Below the pieces are notes generated by a model, which made no database searches, was not told the DNA's origin, and was given only the letters and a program-made list of their open reading frames with translations. Below are positions 1 to 8,700 of a DNA stretch of 64,000 bases, piece after piece. Position numbers and translations under genes: made by a program. The stretch covers positions 3,200,001 through 3,264,000 of the forward strand of contig JASGHG010000001.1 of NCBI GenBank assembly GCA_047602425.1, given 5' to 3'. Each line of letters starts with the position of its first letter. Position 1 is the stretch's first letter. This DNA comes from Nibricoccus sp. (GTDB taxonomy: Bacteria; Verrucomicrobiota; Verrucomicrobiia; Opitutales; Opitutaceae).

Positions 1-242
1 CGGTCTTCCGAAGCGGCGGCGAGCGAGGCGAAATCCGGCAATTCCTCAAGCCAGCGGACGAAATAGGGCAGGGCGGTTTTCACCTGCGTCTGCTGGAGCA
101 TGAGTTCGCTTACGACGGTTTTGTAGAGCGACGGAGCCTCGCGCCAGGGCAGCTTGCGCCGGTGCACGCGGTACCAATCGAGCAGAGCTTGCTGGAAATC
201 GGCACGAAGGGCCCGGGAAGTTATGAGGTCGATTTTGGCCAC
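1..242 (-). CDS. mutY: A/G-specific adenine glycosylase, N-terminal part (runs off window start)
   Basis: Manual translation from GTG at 242: MAKIDL...LLDWYRVHRRKLPWR...VVSELMLQQTQVKTALPYFVRW...PDFASLAAA. LPWR and SExMLQQT are MutY hallmarks. Absent from the ORF track because truncated. Confidence 0.92.
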   Translation of the reverse strand, partial: MAKIDLITSRALRADFQQALLDWYRVHRRKLPWREAPSLYKTVVSELMLQQTQVKTALPYFVRWLEELPDFASLAAASED

Positions 243-334
243 GAAAGTTCACAAGAAGTCACAAAAATCCCGCCATGTAAAAGCCTGCTGTCATTTTCGT
301 TGGTTTTGTGGTTTTTTCTTTGCCACAAAAAACC

Positions 335-1342
335 ATGCCCAAAAAGTCTTTCGACGACGCTGACGCACCGAAGAAACTTTCCAGCTACACGGTCAAACTC
401 GATGACGTGCAGATGGAAAAGCTGAAGTCCATCTGCGTTTCGCGCAATTGGGAGCCGTTTGAAGTCGCGTATTCCCGTTTCGCCTTCAAGGCCGAGCACC
501 TCAAACTCAATGTCACCGCCTACACCAGCGGCAAAGTCGTCATCGCCGGCAAGGGCACCGAGGACTTCGTGCGCGACACGATCGAGCCTGAGGTGACCGG
601 TCAGGCCAAACTCGGCTACGACGAAGTGCTGCATCCCGACTGGTACGAACCGCACGCCGGCCTCGACGAAAGCGGCAAGGGTGACTTCTTTGGCCCCGTG
701 ATTGCTGCGACAGTGATCGCCGACCGTTATGCGATTGAACTTTGGATCAAGGCAGGGGTTAAGGATTCGAAGAAAGTCACCGAGTCGCAAATCATCAGAC
801 TCGATAAACTCATTCGCGACACGCCGGGCGTTTCCGTGCGCACCTGTTTCAGCGGAATGCCGAAATACAACCAGATGATGGCGCGTCCTGGCCAAAATCT
901 GAACCGGCTGCTCGCTTGGTTGCATGCGACGGCGTTGACCGACGCGCTCGAACGCAAACGCGTGAAATGGGGTTTGCTCGATCAATTTACCGAACAGCCG
1001 CTCGTGCAGCGCGAACTGGAGCGCAAGGAAATCAAAGACTTCGAACTACGCATGCGGACCAAGGCTGAAGAAGACCCGGTTGTTGCTGCGGCTTCCATTG
1101 TCGCTCGTGCGGAATATGTGCGGCAGATGCACGAGCTCTCGAAAAAATTTGGCGCCCCGCTGCAAAAAGGTGCCAGTGCGCTGGTGAAACAACAGGCGAG
1201 CGAAATTATCCAAAAATTTGGTGCGCGTGCGCTCGGCGATTTCGCGAAACTGCATTTTCGCACTGCCTACGAAGTTGTTTCAGCAGCCGGCAAACTCGAC
1301 GAACTGCCATTGCAGGAGCCCAAAGAGCGGGTGGAGTGGTGA
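335..1342 (+). CDS. rnhC: Ribonuclease HIII
   Basis: N-terminal TBP-like domain (YTSGKVVIAG), then GLDESGKGDFFGP, GVKDSKK, VAAASIVAR and KLHFRT motifs. ATG at 335 preferred over GTG 308. Confidence 0.92.
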   Translation: MPKKSFDDADAPKKLSSYTVKLDDVQMEKLKSICVSRNWEPFEVAYSRFAFKAEHLKLNVTAYTSGKVVIAGKGTEDFVRDTIEPEVTGQAKLGYDEVLHPDWYEPHAGLDESGKGDFFGPVIAATVIADRYAIELWIKAGVKDSKKVTESQIIRLDKLIRDTPGVSVRTCFSGMPKYNQMMARPGQNLNRLLAWLHATALTDALERKRVKWGLLDQFTEQPLVQRELERKEIKDFELRMRTKAEEDPVVAAASIVARAEYVRQMHELSKKFGAPLQKGASALVKQQASEIIQKFGARALGDFAKLHFRTAYEVVSAAGKLDELPLQEPKERVEW

Positions 1343-1383
1343 GCGATCACTGCTAACTAGGGTTGCAGTTATTGTGCCGTTTA

Positions 1384-1405
1384 GGTGGTTCGTCGACGAA
1401 CCACC
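1384..1405. repeat. Perfect 22-bp palindrome downstream of rnhC
   Basis: GGTGGTTCGTC|GACGAACCACC; may serve as terminator hairpin or protein site. Confidence 0.6.
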
Positions 1406-1487
1406 GACGGTATTTTTGAAACATGTTTGTACCTAGGATTATAGTTTAGAGATTTTTTAAAAATATCATAGCCGCACAACTCCGGCT

Positions 1488-1558
1488 GTAGGGGCGCAGT
1501 CTTGCTGCGCCCGGTTTGGTTTTGCCACAGAAAGGGCGCAGCAAGACTGCGCCCCTAC
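1488..1558. repeat. REPIN-like element (two inverted GTAG-type REPs)
   Basis: GTAGGGGCGCAGTCTTGCTGCGCCC ... GGGCGCAGCAAGACTGCGCCCCTAC; perfect 25-bp arms, each with GTAG end and an internal hairpin. Confidence 0.85.
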
Positions 1559-1763
1559 GAAGACAGCTCGGTTCATAACACCGATTTGCGGCTACAATTT
1601 TATTGTATGTGCTCTAGAATCCATTCTCTGGAGATCGCTGTGTACGGAACTGATGCTGAGCGAAGATTTTGGGAGAGACGAAAAAGACTTGGGCGTGGAG
1701 ACGCAACGCTTCGCAAAACGAAGATTGAATATAGAACCATCGATTTCGGGTTTAGGCGCGTAT

Positions 1764-1779
1764 TGCGCAACAATGCGCA
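1764..1779. promoter_or_regulatory. Putative LacI-type operator, copy 1 (upstream of TonB receptor)
   Basis: TGCGCAACAATGCGCA, near-palindrome repeated at 5605 and 15337. Confidence 0.65.
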
Positions 1780-1949
1780 TGAAGAACGGCTCGTTGTTGC
1801 GAACTTTTAAAATATAGATCGGCGCGTTCCCACAACTATCCTAGCACGCTGCCTGTTATATATGCGCCGAAATCGTCCGTCTGTCATGACGAATGGAAGG
1901 CGCATTGCGTGGGCGGCGCTGGAAATACCTCCAACAAAAAGTCAGCACC

Positions 1950-4900
1950 ATGCCTCGTTCAAACCAAGCTTCTCCCTGTTTGTTTTCGTTTGGCCGTTTA
2001 TTTCTATCTATTTGTGCCCTCTTTGCCGTGAGTGCAGTTCTCAATGCACAAACCGGGCAAACCGGCACGGTTTCGGGTTATATATTTAACGCCGGTACAA
2101 AAAATTATATCAGCAACGTCGAAGTAAAGGACCAGGAAACCGGCAAGACCGCCGTAACGGATGCCGATGGTCGCTTCGATCTTACCCTGCCGGCCGGTCC
2201 GCATAAACTGACGGTCACATACGCCGGCTTGGACACCCGCACGGTGGATGTCGAGGTGGTGGCGGGACAAAGAGCCACGCCGGAAATCGGACTCACCAAT
2301 AGCGATTACGGTGCCGAAACGATTGTCATGGACCAATTTGTTGTCGCTGGCACAAAAGAGGGCAGGGCGGCGTCAATTGCTCAACAGAAACAAGCGGACG
2401 TTCCAGTGAACGTCATTTCCTCGGATGAATTCGGAAATATCGCAGGTGGAAATGTCGGTGATTTTCTCCGCAATGTGCCCGGTATATCGATCGAGTATTC
2501 GGGCCCTGATCCTCGCTGGGTAAGCGTTCGTGGTATGAATCCGAACATGACCGCGGTGACCGTCAATGGCATGCGCGGAGCCAGCGCCTCCAGCGCCAAT
2601 CAAAATCGCCGTTTCGAATTCGATCAAACCTCTCTCCAGGACGTCGAATCCATTGAAATTTTTAAAACTCCCAATGCATCGCTCGAAGCCGATACCGGCG
2701 GCGGATCGGTTAATATTGTGAGCAAAAGTGCATTTAAACAGAAAGGTCGCCGTATCAACTATTCGGTGCTGGCCAATGCCATTAGTAGTGATGTCACGTT
2801 TGGGAAAACCGTTTTTCCTGAAGATGGGTCTTCGGAATATACGAGCAAGATTCGTCCAGGCGGCACTTTTTCGTATTCGAATTCTTTCTTTAACAACCGC
2901 CTCGGCGTGACTTTCACGGCTAACTATAACGAGTATTTCGTTAATTCACATAGCGCCAACACCAACTATGCCGCAACCAATAGCATAGCGGCCTTTAATG
3001 CCAACGGCCCGGTGTTGCTCGATTCTCCGACCGGGTTGCACGCGCGAGGATTTACTTACGGCATCAATCCGATCACGACTCAGCGCACTGCGGTTTCACT
3101 CAATCTCGACTTTCGTCTCACCGATTCGACCACGCTATGGGCGCGAAGCCAGGTCAACACGAGCCAGCTCCGCGGTGGCGGTCGCTCGCTCGACGTGGGC
3201 GTCAACGCGCCCACGGTGACACCTCCGGCGACCAACGGCGTCGCGGCTGGCTGGACGGCCTATTCGTTGACCGCCTTGGGCGATGGCACTGCGACCGCCG
3301 CTGCCGCTGCAACGAGCAACAGCAGTACGTTTGCCCATGTCGCGGGCGAATTTCTCGATAAGGTTGGCGCTGACACCAAGTTCGGCATCGGTTCGAATAC
3401 CAAGGTGGGGCCATGGAAAATCGACACCGCGCTCGGCCTGTCTCTTTCGACGAATCACTATCGAAATATGGGCAGCATGCCGGTGCCGCAGGTGGATCTT
3501 TATCTCCGTGGCATCAGTTATCGTTTCGACCAGCCGCCAGGTACCAATTATCCCACCTTTACCCAGCTGAGTGGTCCGGATATTTATGACCTCTCCAATT
3601 ATGTCAGCCGCGTCAGCACCAGCGCCACCAGCCGGGTAAGCGGCACGAACGTGGGCGTGAACGATGCCAACGGTGTTCGCATTTTTTATCCGTCGACGTC
3701 GACGGGCTCGGGTCAAACAGCCATTACTTATCCGGACGTATCGACGGAGGGTTCTCAATATGCGCCTTTCCAGCTGCGCAATTCGCGTCGTGCCGGTGCC
3801 ACCGACAAGTTCTTCACCGCGAAATTCGATGTGCGGCGTGACTTTGCCACGCACTTTCCGATCTACGTTCAAGGTGGTGGTAATTTCCGGCGGCAGGATC
3901 GGTCAACCAACCGTGAGGGACAAACACGCTGGCTTTATGCGGGCCCCGACGGAGTCCTGGGGTCGGCAGATGACTACACGACTCTTAACCTCGACCAGTT
4001 CAAATCGACCAAGATCGACGACACTTACGGTCCCTATCGTCAATTGCCTTACTACGATCTCGCGGCGATCAATACTTACTTCCAGAACAACCGGAATCTA
4101 TTCAAGGAGGACGTTTCCTATCGGATCGAGACCGAGGCTGCTTTTGCGAAGTCGATCACCGAGAAAGTGACCGGCGCCTACGCCATGTCCGGAGTCCGGT
4201 TCAACAAGCTCAATGTGCTTCTTGGCTTGCGCTTCGAGCGTTCGCAAGATGCGGGTGAAGGCCCCGCGGTTGACAACGAGACGGCTCGCGACGTGGCGGT
4301 TGCCGATCTGTTGGCTTATGTAAATAGTCAGGGCTACGCGACGGTGAACGCTGCGCCCGCAGCCGTTCGCAGTGCGTTTCGCGCCGACGCGGCTAAATTG
4401 TCGCGGATTCGTTATGCGAAGCGGACCACGTCCTCGCAGGAGTACAGCGATTTTTATCCAAACGTACAACTGCGCTATTCGATCACAAAGGATTTTATTG
4501 TTCGCACCAGCTATAATAAATCGATCAGCCGTCAGGACTTCGCTGATATTATGCCGGGCTACACGGTGGCCTCGGCGGGCAGCAACGGACCGGATCTCAA
4601 TAACGTCACCATCAGCAACACCAAACTAAAACCGGTTTATTACAATAATTACGATCTCAGTATGGAATACTATTTTGAGAAAGGCGGACTGCTTTCAGCC
4701 AGCATATATTATAAAGATTTGAAAAACTATACGATAACAACCACGGAAACAATTCTTCCAGGCGTTGACTATGGCTATAATTTAAGCGGCTACATCGGCG
4801 ACAATCTCACGCGAAAGATCAATTCCGGCACAGCGAAGTACAAGGGTATTGAATTGTCATATTCGCAGCGGTTGGGTTCTCTGATCAATGCCCTGCGTGA

Positions 4901-5324
4901 TTTCGACGCATTTGCGGGCTTTACTTACCAGCAGGCAAGCGCGAACACCACGTTCGGCGGCTCTGCTACGCAAGCGACCAATTTGCCGATGACAGGCGTG
5001 GTGCCGCGCATGTTTAACGTGGGTGTTAACTATCGCCACAAGGCGCTGAACGCCCGCGTGATTTACAATTGGAAGAGCGCTTACGCCAATGCTGTCACGG
5101 TGAACAACCTCGTTCCGACCAATCCAATGATTCGCTACTGGGACGATCGCGGCACTTTCGACATTTCAACGTCATATGATATTTATAAAAAGCACGCTGT
5201 GTTTCTCGACGTCAGGAATATCGGGAACGTTCCTTCCCGAGAATATATCGTGAATAAAAGCTATACCCGTTCGTATGCGATTAACGGCGCGACGCTTTAC
5301 CTCGGTATCAAGGGGACCTTCTAA
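1950..5324 (+). CDS. TonB-dependent receptor with N-terminal carboxypeptidase-regulatory-like domain
   Basis: Signal peptide, GTVSG...TDADGRF...YAGLD domain, plug (NVGDFLRNVPGI, VSVRGM), beta-barrel ending YLGIKGTF with terminal Phe. Alternative start 1893. Confidence 0.93.
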   Translation: MPRSNQASPCLFSFGRLFLSICALFAVSAVLNAQTGQTGTVSGYIFNAGTKNYISNVEVKDQETGKTAVTDADGRFDLTLPAGPHKLTVTYAGLDTRTVDVEVVAGQRATPEIGLTNSDYGAETIVMDQFVVAGTKEGRAASIAQQKQADVPVNVISSDEFGNIAGGNVGDFLRNVPGISIEYSGPDPRWVSVRGMNPNMTAVTVNGMRGASASSANQNRRFEFDQTSLQDVESIEIFKTPNASLEADTGGGSVNIVSKSAFKQKGRRINYSVLANAISSDVTFGKTVFPEDGSSEYTSKIRPGGTFSYSNSFFNNRLGVTFTANYNEYFVNSHSANTNYAATNSIAAFNANGPVLLDSPTGLHARGFTYGINPITTQRTAVSLNLDFRLTDSTTLWARSQVNTSQLRGGGRSLDVGVNAPTVTPPATNGVAAGWTAYSLTALGDGTATAAAAATSNSSTFAHVAGEFLDKVGADTKFGIGSNTKVGPWKIDTALGLSLSTNHYRNMGSMPVPQVDLYLRGISYRFDQPPGTNYPTFTQLSGPDIYDLSNYVSRVSTSATSRVSGTNVGVNDANGVRIFYPSTSTGSGQTAITYPDVSTEGSQYAPFQLRNSRRAGATDKFFTAKFDVRRDFATHFPIYVQGGGNFRRQDRSTNREGQTRWLYAGPDGVLGSADDYTTLNLDQFKSTKIDDTYGPYRQLPYYDLAAINTYFQNNRNLFKEDVSYRIETEAAFAKSITEKVTGAYAMSGVRFNKLNVLLGLRFERSQDAGEGPAVDNETARDVAVADLLAYVNSQGYATVNAAPAAVRSAFRADAAKLSRIRYAKRTTSSQEYSDFYPNVQLRYSITKDFIVRTSYNKSISRQDFADIMPGYTVASAGSNGPDLNNVTISNTKLKPVYYNNYDLSMEYYFEKGGLLSASIYYKDLKNYTITTTETILPGVDYGYNLSGYIGDNLTRKINSGTAKYKGIELSYSQRLGSLINALRDFDAFAGFTYQQASANTTFGGSATQATNLPMTGVVPRMFNVGVNYRHKALNARVIYNWKSAYANAVTVNNLVPTNPMIRYWDDRGTFDISTSYDIYKKHAVFLDVRNIGNVPSREYIVNKSYTRSYAINGATLYLGIKGTF

Positions 5325-5394
5325 AACGCAGGACCGAAAGGACCATGATTTCAAAAGCCTTTTGTTAGGGATTGGGTATTATACGTCTGTTGTT

Positions 5395-5430
5395 AACGGC
5401 GCGCCCTTGGTGTGGGCGCGCCGTTTTTTT
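5395..5430 (+). terminator. Intrinsic terminator
   Basis: AACGGCGCGCCC-loop-GGGCGCGCCGTT followed by T run. Confidence 0.85.
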
Positions 5431-5604
5431 GTCACGAGCAAGGTCGTTAGTTGCGAACTTTGCGGAGGGACTGAGGTGCGGGAGGAAAGCAGAGGTTAGT
5501 TTCCGAACTCCGTGAGCCACAAACCGAAGACCGTCTTCGGGAAATTTCGCGCCTTGGATGATTTTTTTCGTGGCACTGTTCGTCATCTGCAGAAGCGCAT
5601 CGAA

Positions 5605-5620
5605 TGCGCAACGATGCGCG
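5605..5620. promoter_or_regulatory. Putative LacI-type operator, copy 2 (upstream of multidomain pectinase)
   Basis: TGCGCAACGATGCGCG, with an overlapping related site AGCGCATCGAATGCGCA just upstream. Confidence 0.65.
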
Positions 5621-5738
5621 CGTCGTATCAGTTGAGGAAAAGGCGAAGGGAACACTAGTTCTCATGCAAATCCCCAACCCCGCGCTTTTCACGGTCTGAC
5701 GACCACTCTGGTCACGCCCTGGAAAGATCTTTGTTTTT

Positions 5739-8700
5739 ATGGCCACGATTTTCGTTTCGAACCCAAAACAGCCACATGCGTTGACCGCATTTTCGAAAGT
5801 GATGCGCGCTTTCGCAAAGGCCCGGTATCTCGCGGGGTTCGTTGTCAGCGGTTGTGTTTTAATGGGTGTTGCGCGGGCCCAGACGACAGTCTTGAACGAC
5901 ACGTTTGGCGGTGGCAGCACGATCAACAGTGGCGGACCTTTGCCGGCCAACCCTTCCGTTGACGCGACTGCTTATCAGCAAATCGCTGCTAAGACCTTCA
6001 ACCCTAATCCGCCCACTATCGCGGCGGGTCATTTTCGCCACGGCATTGTCGGGACAACTTCGGGGTTCAATCACATTCAGGCGCTTTTCGCGCGATATCC
6101 GGTGAAGCTCGTGAATACAGGTGATTACCTGGAAATGACCGTGACATTCACGAATGAAACCGGGCTTTTCCTCGCTAATACCACCAGCACGCTGATGTTC
6201 GGGCTTTTTAGCTCCGGTCAAATCCAGCCCGTGCCAGGTGGGTTGAACGGCACCGGTTCGAACGCGCTGGCTGGCTACGCGCAGAATTGGACGGGCTACG
6301 TGAACCGCATTTTTTATACGGGCGGCAGTAATGTATTTTTCACCCGCCCCGCGAAGCTGGCGACCGACGCAAATAATCAGGACGTGCTCTACAACTACGG
6401 TGGGGGTGCCCAGATTGGATCGGCAGCGACGTCGACGCTGCCGGCGTCGACCGCGGGAGACCAATTCACGTTGGTTTATCGCATCACCAAAGCGAGTGCA
6501 GCCACGGTCACCTTGTCATCCGCCCTTTATTCGGGAGCGCTCGCGAGCGGAACCGCCTTATATACACAAACGGCCACCAGCACGACCTCGCAGGCATTTT
6601 TCGACACCTACGACGCGTTTGCCATCGGGTATCGCGCGAATGGCAGCGTGCCCACCATTCAGGATATCAACGCCATAAAAATCATAACCACGGGCCAGGT
6701 TATAGTTATTCCCGTCATTACCACGCAGCCGATCAGTCAGACCAAATCCGTCGGCGAAAGCGTCACGTTGACGGTGAACGCTGATGGTGGGGCAGGCACG
6801 GTGCTTTCGTATCAATGGAAAAAAGAGGGCGTGGCGATTCCCGGTGCGACGACAAACACCTACGCCATCGGCAGTGTCGCCCTGACCGACGCGGGCAACT
6901 ATTCGGTGGTTGTCACTGACACCGCCGGGTCGACCACGAGTGCCAACGCGCTTCTCACCGTGACAAACGGAGCCGTTGCACCCGCGATTTTGACCGAACC
7001 AACCGGAGCCACCATACTCGTTGGCGATTCGAAAACGTTTTTTGCTCAGGCCAACGGCACCGCTCCGCTGACCTACCAATGGCAGAAGAGTCCGGACGGT
7101 ATTGCGCCATACACGGCTATCGCCGGAGCTACAACCGATACGTATGCTATAACTAACGCGGCCCTAACCGATGCAGGTTGTTACCGGCTTGTCGTCACTA
7201 ACTCACTTGGCTCGGCGACTAGCGCGGTGGCCACGCTCGTCGTCAATCAAGCGCCCGCCATAACGACCCAGCCTATTGGAACAACTTTGGCATCAGGTTC
7301 CGCCTACACCCTGACTGTTGCCGCCACGGGAACTCCGGCTCCTGTCTACCAATGGCAGCTCAACGGAGTCGCAATTTCCGGTGCGACGAGCGCCAGTCTG
7401 CCCTTAACTCTCAGCAGTGCCAATTCCGGCTATTACAGCGTGGTTGTAACCAATGCCGTGTCCAGCGTGACGAGTTCGTCCGTTTATGTCGGCGTGCCAA
7501 GCACGCAGACCGTGACTTTTGCTCCCGGCAACAACGCCACCGGGCTTGCCGTCGATCAGCAGTTCCGCCTGGTGTTTCCTTCCGCGCCGAAGCTCGGACG
7601 CTCTGGAAAATTCCGCATCCACGACGCGGCCAACGATGCGGTTGTCACCATGATCGACATCTCCGAATTTGTTTCCTTCACACTCTTTAGCGCCACGGTC
7701 GTGAACTCCAAAATTCAGACTGTGCAGGGCAAGCAGATGTACTATCTCCCGGCCGCGATTTACGGAAACGAAGTTTGGATCACGCTTCCGGCGGCGCAAC
7801 GGCTCGCGTATGGAAAAACCTACTACGTGACGATGGAGGCAGGATTCCTGCTCGATTCCACCAACGCCTCTGTGCCTGCCATCACCAGTCCGACCGCCTG
7901 GCGGTTTTCCACCAAAGCTTCTGGTCCCGTCGCGCCCACCCCCAGCACCGGACCGACCGAAATCACGGTCGGCACCGATGGCACCGGGGACTTCGCCACG
8001 ATTCAGGGCGCGGCCGATTGGATTCCCCAGAACAATACCCTGCCGCGAACGATCCGCGTTCTTCCCGGGGTGTATCGTGATACTGGATACTTTGCCCAAA
8101 ACCGAAATTTCGTCACGCTCCTCGGAGGCGGCATCACCCGCAACGACGTAAAACTGATCTACCATTACGGAAATGAAGTTTATGGTTCGGGAGCGCGCGG
8201 TCTCGGTTCGCTGCGCATCGACAGCCACGATGTCACTGTTCGCAATCTCACCGTCGACGACGAGGTTTACCTTGCCGTGCCGAACCTTGCCGGCACCGGC
8301 AATCCCGCCGCGCCCGCTTTCGCCGGTCCCATTCAAACCGTCGCTTCAACGGGGAATCGCCTCATTTTTGACAACGTCCTCATCAAAGGCGGCCAGGATA
8401 CGCTCTACACCATTTCCGGCATCACGTATTTCTACAACTGCGAGATCTGGGGCAGCGTCGATTTCATTTACGGCGATGCGCTGGCCGTTTTCGATCGCTG
8501 CAACATCGTTGAAATCCGGAATACCGGTGGTCCGATTTGCGCGCCCAGCACGCCTTACGCTCAGCCTTACGGCGAAGTTTTTCTCAACTGCCGTTTCCCC
8601 CGGGCGCTCATCGCCAACGGCTACCCCTATGATGTCGGGGCCAACACCACGACCTTCTGCCGGCCGTGGCGTCAAGATGGCCACGTTGCCATCATCAACT

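Noticed and set aside
1502..1810. 102-aa ORF upstream of the first TonB receptor
   Set aside because: Starts inside the REPIN, overlaps the putative operator, and has no recognisable features.
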